Source of the DNA: an uncultured Actinomycetota bacterium
Lineage (GTDB): Bacteria > Actinomycetota > Actinomycetes > Mycobacteriales > SCTD01
Length of the DNA stretch: 64,000 nucleotides
Reading direction: 5' to 3'
Assembly (NCBI GenBank): GCA_963761655.1
Contig: CAVXHI010000001.1
Coordinates: 292,683-356,682, forward strand
The notes below the pieces were generated by a model. That model did not search any database. It saw only the letters and a program-made list of their open reading frames with translations, and was not told the origin of the DNA. The translations under genes were made by a program, and so were the position numbers. Positions 51,066 to 60,862 of the stretch are shown here, piece by piece; position 1 is the stretch's first letter; every line of letters starts with the position of its first letter.

Positions 51066-52664
51066 GTGCCCGTCCCCGACGGACCGAGCGACCACCTGCG
51101 GAGCACGAGCCGCACCCCGGACGAGGACGAGAGGGCGGTCGGCGAGGAGTGCGGCGTCTTCGGCGTCTGGGCGCCGGGCGAGGACGTCGCCAAGCTGACG
51201 TACTACGGCCTCTACGCCCTGCAGCACCGCGGGCAGGAGGCGGCCGGCATGGCGGTCTCCGACGGCAGCGGCATGCTCGTCTACAAGGAGCTCGGCCTCG
51301 TGCCGCAGGTCTTCGACGAGCCGACCCTGGCCGGCCTCAAGGGCCATCTCGCGATCGGCCACTGCCGGTACTCCACCACCGGCTCGTGCACCTGGGAGAA
51401 CGCCCAGCCCAGCTTCCGCACGCTGCCGGGCGGCGGCAGCCTCGCGCTCGGCCACAACGGCAACCTCACGAACACCAGCGACCTCGCCCGGCGGGTCGCC
51501 GCGATCGAGCCGAAGATCGAGTCGTACGGGTCGACGACCGACAGCGACCTCGTCACCGCCCTGCTCGCGAGCGCCGACACGAGCCCCGACGCCGCCGCGA
51601 TGCAGCTGCTCCCGACCCTGCAGGGCGCGTTCTCGCTGGTCTTCATGGACGAGCACACCCTGTACGCCGCCCGCGACCCCCACGGCGTCCGCCCGCTGGT
51701 GCTCGGCCGGCTGGAGCGCGGCTGGGTCGTGGCGTCCGAGACGGCGGCGCTGGACATCGTCGGCGCCGCCTTCGTCCGCGAGGTCGAGCCGGGCGAGCTG
51801 CTGTCCATCGACGAGCACGGCGTCCGCAGCCAGCGCTTCGCGGAGGCCACCCCCAAGGGCTGCCTGTTCGAGTACGTCTACCTGGCCCGCCCGGACACCA
51901 CGATCGCCGGCCGCTCGGTGCACGAGACCCGGGTGCAGATCGGCCGCGTGCTCGCCGCCGAGGCCCCGGCCGACGCCGACCTCGTCATCCCGGTGCCCGA
52001 GTCCGGCACGCCCGCGGCCATCGGGTACGCCGAGGCCAGCGGCATCCCGTACGGGCAGGGGCTGGTGAAGAACGCCTACGTCGGGCGCACCTTCATCCAG
52101 CCCTCCCAGACGATCCGCCAGCTCGGGATCCGGCTCAAGCTCAACCCGCTGCGCGAGGTCATCAAGGGCAAGCGCCTCGTGGTCGTCGACGACTCCATCG
52201 TCCGCGGCAACACGCAGCGCGCGCTCGTGCGGATGCTCCGCGAGTACGGCGCGGCCGAGATCCACGTCCGGATCTCCAGCCCGCCCGTGGCCTGGCCGTG
52301 CTTCTACGGGATCGACTTCGCCAGCCGCTCCGAGCTGGTCGCGAGCAGCCTGGGGGTGGAGGAGATCCGGCGCAACATCGGCGCGGACTCGCTGTCCTAC
52401 GTCTCCCTCGAGGGCCTCACCGGCGCCTCGATGCAGCCCGCCGAGAGCCTGTGCCGGGCCTGCTTCACGGGCGACTACCCGATCGAGATCCCCGAGGCCG
52501 ACCTCATCGGCAAGCACGTCCTCGAGGGCATCAGCAACAGGGTGAGCCGCGCGCTCGAGGCGCCGGTCGACCACGGCCACACCCCGGAGGGCGTCACCGT
52601 CGTGCACAACGGCCAGCAGAGCGTCGACTCCTTCGACGCCGTCCTCCCCGGGGCGGACGCGTGA
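51066..52664 (+). CDS. purF: Amidophosphoribosyltransferase
   Basis: A propeptide precedes the nucleophile CGVFGVW. PRPP loop VVVDDSIVRGNT and C-terminal Fe-S cysteines. Confidence 0.96.
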   Translation: MPVPDGPSDHLRSTSRTPDEDERAVGEECGVFGVWAPGEDVAKLTYYGLYALQHRGQEAAGMAVSDGSGMLVYKELGLVPQVFDEPTLAGLKGHLAIGHCRYSTTGSCTWENAQPSFRTLPGGGSLALGHNGNLTNTSDLARRVAAIEPKIESYGSTTDSDLVTALLASADTSPDAAAMQLLPTLQGAFSLVFMDEHTLYAARDPHGVRPLVLGRLERGWVVASETAALDIVGAAFVREVEPGELLSIDEHGVRSQRFAEATPKGCLFEYVYLARPDTTIAGRSVHETRVQIGRVLAAEAPADADLVIPVPESGTPAAIGYAEASGIPYGQGLVKNAYVGRTFIQPSQTIRQLGIRLKLNPLREVIKGKRLVVVDDSIVRGNTQRALVRMLREYGAAEIHVRISSPPVAWPCFYGIDFASRSELVASSLGVEEIRRNIGADSLSYVSLEGLTGASMQPAESLCRACFTGDYPIEIPEADLIGKHVLEGISNRVSRALEAPVDHGHTPEGVTVVHNGQQSVDSFDAVLPGADA

Positions 52665-53701
52665 GCTCCTACGCCGCCGCGGGCGTCGACATCGAGGCGG
52701 GCGACCGCGCGGTCGAGCTGATGAAGAGCAAGGTCGCCCGGGCCAGCCGCCCGGAGGTCGTCGGGGGGCTCGGCGGGTTCGCCGGGCTGTTCCGCCTGGA
52801 CCTCAAGAAGTACCGCGACCCCCTGCTGGCCAGCAGCACCGACGGCGTCGGCACCAAGCTCGCCATCGCGCAGGCCATGGACCGCCACGACACCGTGGGG
52901 ATCGACCTCGTCGGCATGGTCGTCGACGACCTCGTCGTCTGCGGCGCCGAGCCCCTGTTCATGCAGGACTACGTCGCCGTCGGCCGGGTCGTGCCGGAGC
53001 GGGTCGCCGAGATCGTCGGCGGCATCGCGGCGGGCTGCGAGCTGGCCGGGTGCGCCCTCGTCGGCGGCGAGACCGCCGAGCACCCCGGCGTCATGCCCGA
53101 CGACCACTACGACATCGCGGGCACCGGCGTCGGCGTGGTCGAGGCCGACGCGCTCCTCGGCGCCGAGCGGATCGAGGCGGGCGACGTCGTCGTCGCGATG
53201 GGCAGCTCGGGCGTGCACTCCAACGGGTTCAGCCTCGTCCGCCACGTGCTGCTCAGCGGCGCCCGGATGCGCCTGGACGGCGTCGTCGACGAGCTCGGGA
53301 AGCCGCTCGGCGAGGAGCTGCTCACCCCCACCCGGATCTACGCCAAGGACTGCCTCGCCGTCATCGAGGAGACCGGCGTGCACGCCTTCGCCCACATCAC
53401 CGGTGGCGGGCTCGCCGCGAACCTCGCCCGGGTGCTGCCCGACCACCTGTCGGCCGTGCTCGAGCGCTCCTCGTGGAGTCCGGCGCCGGTCTTCGGGCTC
53501 GTGCAGGCCAAGGGCAAGGTCGAGCAGGCCGAGATGGAGCGCACCTTCAACATGGGGGTCGGCATGGTCGCCGTCGTCCCGGCCGCCGACGTCGACCGGA
53601 CGCTCGCGCTGCTGACCGCGCGGCACGTCCCCGCGTGGGTCCTCGGTGAGGTCCGCGAGGGCGACGGCCACGCCGAGCTCGTCGGGACGCACAGCGCCTG
53701 A
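52661..53701 (+). CDS. purM: AIR synthase
   Basis: The GTG overlaps the purF stop (GTGA). YAAAGVDI, STDGVGTK, SSGVHSNGFS. Confidence 0.96.
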   Translation: MSSYAAAGVDIEAGDRAVELMKSKVARASRPEVVGGLGGFAGLFRLDLKKYRDPLLASSTDGVGTKLAIAQAMDRHDTVGIDLVGMVVDDLVVCGAEPLFMQDYVAVGRVVPERVAEIVGGIAAGCELAGCALVGGETAEHPGVMPDDHYDIAGTGVGVVEADALLGAERIEAGDVVVAMGSSGVHSNGFSLVRHVLLSGARMRLDGVVDELGKPLGEELLTPTRIYAKDCLAVIEETGVHAFAHITGGGLAANLARVLPDHLSAVLERSSWSPAPVFGLVQAKGKVEQAEMERTFNMGVGMVAVVPAADVDRTLALLTARHVPAWVLGEVREGDGHAELVGTHSA

Positions 53702-53714
53702 CCCCGCGGACACG

Positions 53715-53750
53715 ACGGAGGGCCGGCCCCCGTGGGGACCGGCCCTCCGT
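53715..53750. terminator. Bidirectional stem-loop between convergent purM and the DUF3073 gene
   Basis: ACGGAGGGCCGG (53715-53726) pairs perfectly with CCGGCCCTCCGT (53739-53750). The loop can pair further (CCCC/GGGG). Confidence 0.65.
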
Positions 53751-53759
53751 CATGCCGGG

Positions 53760-53954
53760 CTAGCGCTCGTCGTCGTCCGGGAGCGCGTAGGGGTCGTCCT
53801 CGTCCTCGTCGTCCTCCGCGACCGCGGGGCTGAACGGCGAGGGCGTGATGCCCGCCAGCTCGGCCTTCAGCCGCTCGGGGTCGAGGCTGCCGCCGCTGTA
53901 CTTCAGCTCGCGAGCGACCTTCGTCTGCTTTGCCTTTGCACGGCCGCGCCCCAT
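53760..53954 (-). CDS. DUF3073-family small protein
   Basis: MGRGRAKAKQTKVARELKY followed by an acidic tail. It is the conserved actinobacterial neighbour of purM. Confidence 0.85.
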   Translation of the reverse strand: MGRGRAKAKQTKVARELKYSGGSLDPERLKAELAGITPSPFSPAVAEDDEDEDDPYALPDDDER

Positions 53955-54189
53955 GGCTCGACCCCCTCATGCGACGGGGCCGACGGCGAGGCGTCGGCCC
54001 GGAGACTGGTGACAGCGCGTGCACGTGACGGAGCCGCAGCCGCTCTGTCATGGCCGGTGCTCCTGGCCACACGGTACAGGGTCCCCGCGCTCCCCACACG
54101 GCGTCGGGCAGGCTGCACCCGGACGGGTCAGCAGGTGAGGGCGCCGACGTGTCGAAGACAGGTCGGGACGACGACAGGACGGGGGGCAC

Positions 54190-54624
54190 GTGAAGGTCGC
54201 AGGCACGGTGGTGCTGCTCGCGGTGGGAGCGGCGAGCACGCTGGGCGCGGTCGTCCCGGCCGGAGCGGCGCAGGCGGCCCCGCGGGTCACGAAGGGCGCG
54301 TGGACGACCACGGCGACGGTGCCCGACCCGACCACGGGAGGCGCCCCCTCCGACACGTGCGAGGGCCTGGCCTCGGCCCGGTACCGGCGCGCGCTGGCCC
54401 TTCCCGGGCCCGGCGTCCTGCGCCTCACCCTCACCAGCACCGGCGACTGGGGGCTCGCGGTCCGGGACGCCCGCGGCCGCGCGCTCGGACGCGCCGACAG
54501 CCAGGTCTCCCAGCCCGAGCGGCTCGCCCTGCGCGTCCGCGCCGCCAGCAGGGTGCTGGTCGACGCGTGCAACTTCGCCGGCGCCCCGACCGCCCGGGTG
54601 TCCTGGACGTTCACCCGGACCTGA
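54190..54624 (+). CDS. Secreted hypothetical protein
   Basis: Signal peptide MKVAGTVVLLAVGAASTLGAVVPAGAAQA, then a beta-rich body with two Cys residues. Confidence 0.6.
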   Translation: MKVAGTVVLLAVGAASTLGAVVPAGAAQAAPRVTKGAWTTTATVPDPTTGGAPSDTCEGLASARYRRALALPGPGVLRLTLTSTGDWGLAVRDARGRALGRADSQVSQPERLALRVRAASRVLVDACNFAGAPTARVSWTFTRT

Positions 54625-54740
54625 GCGGCCGGACGACCGCGGGCACCCGCACCTGAGCGGCCGGACGTCCGCGGGCACCCGCACCTGAGCGGCCAGCCCG
54701 ACCGCGGGCACCCGGACCTGACCGTCCGGGCACCCGCGCC
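54612..54740. repeat. Tandem ~32-nt repeat, about 3.5 copies (CACCCGSACCTGAGCGGCCGGACGWCCGCGGG)
   Basis: Copies at 54612-54643, 54644-54675 and 54676-54708, with a degenerate remainder to about 54740. Copy 1 contains the stop codon of the preceding gene. Confidence 0.9.
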
Positions 54741-54761
54741 GCGCTGCGAGCCCGTGCCCCG

Positions 54762-55841
54762 CTACAGCCCTCGCGCCGCCGCCATGCGGCGCTCGCCGAG
54801 CCGGTCGGCCGCGACCGCCGGCGGCACGCCCTCGGACTCCGCCAGCGCGAACACCTCGAGCGTCGTGTCGAAGATCCTCGACGCCCCCTGCTTCGCCCGG
54901 TCGAAGGAGAACCCGCCCTCGCCGATCGCCTCGTCGCCGACCTGCACGACGCCGCCCGCGTTGGCGACGTAGTCCGGGGCGTAGAGGACCCCGGCGTCGG
55001 CGAGCAGCTTCTCCACCCCGGGGTGGGCGAGCTGGTTGTTGGCCGCTCCGCACACCACCCGGGCCTGCAGCCGCGGGACGACCTCGTCGGTGAGCGAGCC
55101 GCCCAGCGCGCAGGGCGCGTAGACGTCGAGGGCGAGCCCCGGCAGCTCCTGCACCGTCGAGGCCTCGGCGCCGAGCGCGGTCGCCCGGGCCACGGCGGCG
55201 TCCGCGACGTCGCTCACGACCACGGACGCGCCGTCCTGCAGGAGGTGCTCGACGAGGTGCAGGCCGACCTTGCCGACCCCCTCGACGCCCACCCGCCTGC
55301 CGGCCAGGGTCGGCTCGCCCCAGACCTGCTGCGCCGCCGCCCGCATCGCCTGGAACACGCCGTACGCCGTGAGGACGGCGCTGTCGCCGGCGCCGCCGCG
55401 CTCGGGCGAGCGCCCGGTCACGAAGCGGCTGGTCTCGGAGACGACGTCCATGTCGGGGACGAAGGTGCCGACGTCGCACGCCGTGTAGTAGCGGCCGCCG
55501 AGGGCCTCGACCATGCGCCCGTAGGCGCGCAGGAGGTCGTCGGTCTTGTCGCGGGCGGGGTCGCCGAGGATCACGGCCTTGCCGCCACCGAGGGCGAGGC
55601 CGGCGCAGGCCGCCTTGTAGGCCATCGCGCGGGACAGCGCCAGGACGTCGGTGAGGGCGGCGTCCTCGGAGGCGTACGGGTAGAACCGCGTGCCGCCGAG
55701 GGCCGGCCCGAGGGCGGTGCTGTAGACGGCGATGATCGCCTTGAGGCCCGAGGCGCGGTCCTGGCAGAAGACCACCTGCTCGTGGCCGGCGTCCTGCAGG
55801 TGGTCGGTGCGGTCGAAGACGCCCACGGCGTGCTCCTTCAT
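54762..55841 (-). CDS. Glu/Leu/Phe/Val dehydrogenase-family enzyme (valine/leucine dehydrogenase type)
   Basis: [23 protein letters not shown] and the Rossmann segment GVEGVGKVG. Confidence 0.9.
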   Translation of the reverse strand: MKEHAVGVFDRTDHLQDAGHEQVVFCQDRASGLKAIIAVYSTALGPALGGTRFYPYASEDAALTDVLALSRAMAYKAACAGLALGGGKAVILGDPARDKTDDLLRAYGRMVEALGGRYYTACDVGTFVPDMDVVSETSRFVTGRSPERGGAGDSAVLTAYGVFQAMRAAAQQVWGEPTLAGRRVGVEGVGKVGLHLVEHLLQDGASVVVSDVADAAVARATALGAEASTVQELPGLALDVYAPCALGGSLTDEVVPRLQARVVCGAANNQLAHPGVEKLLADAGVLYAPDYVANAGGVVQVGDEAIGEGGFSFDRAKQGASRIFDTTLEVFALAESEGVPPAVAADRLGERRMAAARGL

Positions 55842-55960
55842 CAGTGCCGGGGCCCACGCACGTGATCGACGCTGCGGGCCGTGCGGCGGACGGCGGGGGA
55901 GGTGTGCCCCAGATCACGGCCGAGCCTAGCGACGGCCTCCCCCGTGCCACGATCTGACCC

Positions 55961-56791
55961 ATGACCGCTCCGGCGCAGCTGCGCGTCTACGAGCCGCTCG
56001 CGGCCTTCCCGGACGGCGAGCGGGAGCACTGGAGCGCCTACGCCGCGGAGGGCCGGGCGCCGGAGCGTGCCCGCAGCGCCGTCCTGGAGCGGGCCGCCGT
56101 CGTCCGGGCCCTGGCCGGGCTGCCCCCCGGGCTGGTCGACGAGCCGGGGCAGGCCCTCGTCACCGACCTCGACGGCGTCACGCTGGTCTGCCCGCTCCGC
56201 ACCCGGGTCCGGGCCGCCGAGGCGCTGGTCGAGTGGCGCGGGACCCTGCACGAGGACCTCGTGGACGCCTTCCTGCCGCGGGCCGTCGCCGACGCCGCCG
56301 TCGAGGAGCTGCACGCCTGGCAGGAGGCCCACCCCGACCTCCGCACCGCGGTCCTGACCAGCACCTGGTCGGTGCCGCTGACCTGGTTCGTCCTGGTCGA
56401 CGCCGACGAGCGGACCGTCAGCCTGGGTGAGGGCAGCGTGCGCACGGGCCGGGAGCTCGTCTACCGGACGGCGATGTCGCGGGCCCGGCGGCGGACCGCC
56501 CGCACCCTGTCGGTGCTCCGCCGGACGCTCGGCGACGAGGGCGTCGTCGGGCAGGTGGAGGACCTCGGCCGCTGGCTGGAGGAGTTCCACCCGCGGTCGC
56601 TCGTCGAGCTCGACTACGGCGGTCTGGTGCACCTGCTGGGCGACGACGAGCTGGTCGCCGACGAGAGCGCCCGCGACGTCGCCGAGGCGGTCACGGCCCT
56701 CGGCGAGGCCGACGGCGACCGGGCCGGGGCGGCGTACGCGCGGGTGGTCGAGCGCATGAAGGCGCTGCAGGCCGTGGAGAGCGCGAACTAG
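55961..56791 (+). CDS. Conserved hypothetical protein
   Basis: 276 aa with strong coding bias. I recognised no family. Confidence 0.6.
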   Translation: MTAPAQLRVYEPLAAFPDGEREHWSAYAAEGRAPERARSAVLERAAVVRALAGLPPGLVDEPGQALVTDLDGVTLVCPLRTRVRAAEALVEWRGTLHEDLVDAFLPRAVADAAVEELHAWQEAHPDLRTAVLTSTWSVPLTWFVLVDADERTVSLGEGSVRTGRELVYRTAMSRARRRTARTLSVLRRTLGDEGVVGQVEDLGRWLEEFHPRSLVELDYGGLVHLLGDDELVADESARDVAEAVTALGEADGDRAGAAYARVVERMKALQAVESAN

Positions 56792-56903
56792 GGCGCTCTA
56801 GTCCCGAGATGGCTCCAACGGGCCATACCGCCGAAGGCGGACATCGCGCACGATCGGCGTCCGGGACAGGCGAGCGCCCGTCCCGCACCCGAGAGGACCC
56901 GAC

Positions 56904-57110
56904 ATGAGCACCCGCACCCACGAGGCCGAGGCCCTGCTGACCCCTGCCGAGGTCGCGTCGATGTTCCGCGTGGACCCCAAGACGGTCACCCGCTGGGCGA
57001 AGTCGGGCAAGCTCACCAGCATCCGCACCCTCGGCGGCCACCGCCGCTACCGCGAGGCCGAGGTCAAGGGCCTGCTCGCCGGCATCCCCGCGCCGCGCGC
57101 CGAGGGCTGA
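56904..57110 (+). CDS. bldC: BldC-family small MerR-like/excisionase-type DNA-binding protein
   Basis: LLTPAEVASMFRVDPKTVTRWAKSGKLTSIRTLGGHRRYREAEV. Confidence 0.9.
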   Translation: MSTRTHEAEALLTPAEVASMFRVDPKTVTRWAKSGKLTSIRTLGGHRRYREAEVKGLLAGIPAPRAEG

Positions 57111-57190
57111 CCCTCCCGCACCTGCTCGTCCCGACGGCGCCGCTCCCCACCGGGGACCGGCGCCGCCGGCGTGTCTGGGAGACTCGCGGC

Positions 57191-57712
57191 GTGGGCGTGT
57201 TCTGCGTGGACCGCGCGGGGGTGCAGGTCTTCGGCACGTCCCACCGCCTGTGGGGGCTGCTCGGGGACGTGCTGGCCGCGCTGCAGGCCGAGCAGGTGGC
57301 CGCGGCCTGGACCTTCGACGGGTACGTCCCGTCCTGGCTGGCGCGGTCCTGGGGCGACCTGCTGTTCCGCGACCTCGGTGAGGTCGTGCTCGTGTGCCGG
57401 CCCCTCCCCGGGCACAGCAGCGAGCTCCAGCCGGTCGGGACCTACCGCCGCGGGAGCCCGGCGGCTGCTGCCCTGACCCGGGCGGGCGAGCACCTCAGCG
57501 TCTACGACACGCCGGTCGCCACCGCACTGCTCGCCTTCGCCCAGACCTGCACGGCCACGGCCGGCTTCAGCGTCACCACCCTGCGGCCGCCCGCGCCCGG
57601 CAGCCCCCGCAGCGAGGTCGCCGTCCGCCGTCTGCTGGCGCGGAGCGGCATGCTGGGGGTGACCGGGCGCGGTTCGGGCAGGCTGGTCGGAGCTCCCCGC
57701 CGACGACGATGA
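57191..57712 (+). CDS. Hypothetical protein
   Basis: 173 aa with G/C third-position bias. I recognised no family. Confidence 0.5.
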   Translation: MGVFCVDRAGVQVFGTSHRLWGLLGDVLAALQAEQVAAAWTFDGYVPSWLARSWGDLLFRDLGEVVLVCRPLPGHSSELQPVGTYRRGSPAAAALTRAGEHLSVYDTPVATALLAFAQTCTATAGFSVTTLRPPAPGSPRSEVAVRRLLARSGMLGVTGRGSGRLVGAPRRRR

Positions 57713-57722
57713 AGGACGACGC

Positions 57723-58808
57723 ATGCTGATCCGCAACTTCGGGTGGGCCGCGGCCCTGACGGTGGCCGCGGTCGTCGTCGCCGCCGTCACGGGCGGGATC
57801 GGCACCGCGCTGATCGTGCTGCTGCTCGGCGTCCTCGAGATCTCGCTGTCGTTCGACAACGCGGTGGTCAACGCCAAGGTGCTCGAGCGCATGCACCCGG
57901 TCTGGCAGCGGCTGTTCCTGACCGTCGGCATCCTCATCGCCGTCTTCGGGATGCGCCTGGTGCTGCCGATCCTCATCGTCTCGATCACCGCGGGCCTCGG
58001 GTTCGGCGAGGTCATCGACCTGGCGCTCAACGACTCCCAGCGGTACGGCGAGGAGCTGGCCGCCTCCGAGGCGCTCATCTACGCCTTCGGCGGGACCTTC
58101 CTGCTCATGATCTTCCTGGACTTCGTGCTCGACCCCGAGCGCGAGATCCTGTGGCTGACGCCGGTCGAGAAGGCGCTGCAGAAGATCGGCAAGCTCGACC
58201 AGCTCTCGGTGCTGCTCGCCCTCGGCGGGATCTACCTCATGTCGCGGCTCGCGCCCGAGGACGAGGTCACGAAGGTCCTGCTCGCCGGCATCGCCGGCCT
58301 GGTCACCTACCTCGCGGTCAACGGCCTGGACGCCCTGTTCGAGGAGTCCATGGAGAACCGCGAGGGCGAGGACACCGGCCCGGCCGGCGGCAAGATGACG
58401 ATGGCCGTCTTCAAGGCGGGCGTCTTCTCCTTCCTCTACCTCGAGGTCCTCGACGCGTCGTTCTCCTTCGACGGCGTCATCGGCGCGTTCGCCATCTCCG
58501 ACGAGGTCCTCGTCATCGCCCTCGGCCTCGGCATCGGCGCCTTCTGGATCCGCTCGCTGACCATCTACCTGGTCCGGGCCGGGACGCTGTCGGAGTACGT
58601 GTACCTCGAGCACGGCGCCCACTGGGCGATCGGCGTGCTCGCCGGCATCATGCTGTTCTCGGTGAAGTACCACATCAGCGAGGTCGTCACGGGCCTCACC
58701 GGCGTCGCGTTCATCCTGCTGTCGCTGTACAGCTCGGTGCGCGAGCGTCGGGAGCGCGACGTCGACGTGCAGGACAGCGAGAAGGTCCTCGGCACGACGC
58801 AGCGGTAG
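57723..58808 (+). CDS. DUF475-family integral membrane protein (TerC-related)
   Basis: LEISLSFDNAVVNA and a second LEVLDASFSFDGVIGAF half. Multi-TM. GAAGGA RBS. Confidence 0.8.
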   Translation: MLIRNFGWAAALTVAAVVVAAVTGGIGTALIVLLLGVLEISLSFDNAVVNAKVLERMHPVWQRLFLTVGILIAVFGMRLVLPILIVSITAGLGFGEVIDLALNDSQRYGEELAASEALIYAFGGTFLLMIFLDFVLDPEREILWLTPVEKALQKIGKLDQLSVLLALGGIYLMSRLAPEDEVTKVLLAGIAGLVTYLAVNGLDALFEESMENREGEDTGPAGGKMTMAVFKAGVFSFLYLEVLDASFSFDGVIGAFAISDEVLVIALGLGIGAFWIRSLTIYLVRAGTLSEYVYLEHGAHWAIGVLAGIMLFSVKYHISEVVTGLTGVAFILLSLYSSVRERRERDVDVQDSEKVLGTTQR

Positions 58809-58811
58809 GGG

Positions 58812-59516
58812 TCAGCTCCCGGCCCGGCCCAGGGAGGCGAGCAGCGCGCCGAAGCCGTCCGCAGCCCGGGGCTGGCGCCGGGAGGACGTGACGACGGGGT
58901 GCGCCGCGACCCGGGCGACCCGCAGGCCGTGGAGCTCCAGGGCGGCGACGAGGGCGTGGTCCTCCGCGAGGGCCAGCGGCGGGAACCCGCCGACCCGGGC
59001 GTAGGCGGCGGCGGACAGGCTCAGGTTCGCCCCGTGCACGTGCGGGTGGTCCGGCCCGGTCCAGGCGTAGCGCTCGGCGAAGCGCCGGACGACGGCGTCG
59101 TCGTGCCCGGACCAGTCGGCGACGGCGACCGTCCCCGCGACGGCGTCCCACCCGTCGGCCCGCCAGCGCAGCTGGTCCGCCAGCCAGGAGGCCGGGACGC
59201 GGCTGTCGGCGTCGGTGGTGGCGAGCCAGAGCTGGTCCAGGGGCACGCCGGACTCCTCGACGACGCGACCGAGGCCGAGCCGGCGGGCCGCCCCCGCGTT
59301 GCGCAGGTCGACCTCCAGGACCTCGGCGCCGGCGGCGCGGGCGACGTCCGCGGTGGCGTCCCCGCAGCGGTCGGCCACCACCACGAGCCGCACGGGAGGC
59401 ACCCCCGGGTGCTGGGCGGCCAGGTGCAGCGAAGCCAGGCACGCCGGCAGCAGCTCCTGCTCGTCGTGCGCGGGGACGACGACGGCGACGGCCAGCGGGA
59501 GGGGGACGCTCAGCAC
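58812..59516 (-). CDS. Family-2 glycosyltransferase
   Basis: AVVVPAHDEQELL and TDADS (DxD). GTG at 59516. It is the 3' part of ORF 58812..60272. Confidence 0.8.
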   Translation of the reverse strand: MLSVPLPLAVAVVVPAHDEQELLPACLASLHLAAQHPGVPPVRLVVVADRCGDATADVARAAGAEVLEVDLRNAGAARRLGLGRVVEESGVPLDQLWLATTDADSRVPASWLADQLRWRADGWDAVAGTVAVADWSGHDDAVVRRFAERYAWTGPDHPHVHGANLSLSAAAYARVGGFPPLALAEDHALVAALELHGLRVARVAAHPVVTSSRRQPRAADGFGALLASLGRAGS

Positions 59517-60133
59517 AGGCCCTCCCGGGCGGCCACCGACACGTGCCCGCCCTCGCCCGGCCGGGGCCGGACGTGGACGGACAGGGCGAGGTCGGCCTCG
59601 ACGTGGTGCACCGTCCGGACCAGCTCTCCGGCGGCCGCCTCCGCCACGGCGTCCTGGACGGCGTCGCCGGTCTGCGGGTAGTCCGCGACCGGGTGCCGCC
59701 AGTGGACGGACAGCAGCGTGCCGCCGGGCTCGACCGCCGCGACGGCCGCGGCCGCGACGGCGACCAGGTCGGCGTCGCCGAGGTAGTAGAGGAGCTCGGA
59801 CAGCACGACGAGGTCGAACGTCCCCGCCGGCCAGCCCGCGGGGAGGGCGGCCTGCGCGAGCCGGACGTGCGGCGCTCCGGCCAGCCGGGCCGCGGCCCGG
59901 GACAGCGCCTCCGACGAGACGTCGGTGGCGAGCAGGGTGTCGCAGCGGCCGGCCAGGTCCAGGGTCAGGACGCCGAGGGAGCAGCCCGGCTCGAAGCCGC
60001 TGCGGTAGCGGCGCTGCGGCAGGGCGGCGAGCGTGAGGGCCCGCTTGCGCTCCTCGTACCAGCGGTCGACGAACCCCCAGGGGTCGTCCGCGCCGGCGTA
60101 GACCCCGGTGAAGTACTCCTCGGGCAGCGTCAT
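59510..60133 (-). CDS. SAM-dependent methyltransferase (NodS-like)
   Basis: MTLPEEYFTGVYAGADDPWGF...EPGCSLGVLT...LSELLYYL. It is the 3' part of ORF 59510..62242. Confidence 0.8.
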   Translation of the reverse strand: MTLPEEYFTGVYAGADDPWGFVDRWYEERKRALTLAALPQRRYRSGFEPGCSLGVLTLDLAGRCDTLLATDVSSEALSRAAARLAGAPHVRLAQAALPAGWPAGTFDLVVLSELLYYLGDADLVAVAAAAVAAVEPGGTLLSVHWRHPVADYPQTGDAVQDAVAEAAAGELVRTVHHVEADLALSVHVRPRPGEGGHVSVAAREGLC

Positions 60134-60862
60134 GCCAGCAGCACCTCCTCGGGACGCTGGAAGTGCGCCAGGACCGCGGGAGGGACGACGGCGGCGTCCT
60201 CGGGCGCCGGGCCGAGGGGCGCCGTCTGGCTCGGGTAGCAGGCGAGGGCGGCCTGCTTCCGCGCGAGGGCACCCGCGGGCAGCGGCAGGCGCACGGCGCG
60301 GTCCCACGGGACGCGCGGGTCGCCGGGCGAGGCCCAGTGCCAGGCCCAGAGCGGGTAGGACACCAGCCGCGCCCCCGTGAGGGCGCAGGCCGACGCGGCG
60401 GCCCGCCCCGCGGCGTCGTGGTCGGGATGGCCGTCGGCCTCGAACGGGGCGACGCACCAGTCGTGCGGCCCCAGCAGCGGTGCCAGGGCCTCGGCGAGAG
60501 GCTGCTCGCCCGCGGTCAGGCCGCCGTCCGGCAGGTGCAGCCGGAGGTGCTCCGGTCCGCCGAGGGCCTCGAGGGCCGCGTGGGTCTCCGCGGTCCGCAG
60601 CGCGCGCAGCTGGTCGGGCGTCGCCGCCGTGCTGCCCGGGTGGGACGCCTCGCCGTCGGTGGCGGCCACCAGGACGACCTCCGCTGCCGGCGTCGAGGAG
60701 CAGGGCCATCAGGCCCCCGACCGCGAGCGTCTCGTCGTCGGGGTGGGGGGCGACGACGACGGCGCGACGGCAGGCGGTGACGTCCAGCACCGGCAGCTGC
60801 GCGAGCACGGGCCAGGCCCGCCAGAGCTGCTCGTCCGTGCCCTCGCCCGGCACGAAGGTCAC
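60130..60862 (-). pseudogene. PIG-L/LmbE-family deacetylase with a +1 frameshift near 60681-60683
   Basis: VVVAPHPDDETLAVGG...LLLDAGS is in one frame. EVVLVAATDGEASHPGS...DGHPDHDAAG continues in the +1 frame (ORF 60130..60669). The span is 733 nt, which is 3n+1. Confidence 0.8.

Noticed and set aside
51010-51066. Purine, ZTP or other riboswitch in pur gene leaders (also upstream of purA, purD, purB and purC)
   Set aside because: The leaders are very short (10-60 nt), and I could not recognise any pfl/ZTP or purine aptamer core.
54612-54740. CRISPR array
   Set aside because: The repeats are directly adjacent with no unique spacers, there are only about 3.5 copies, and there are no cas genes in the window.
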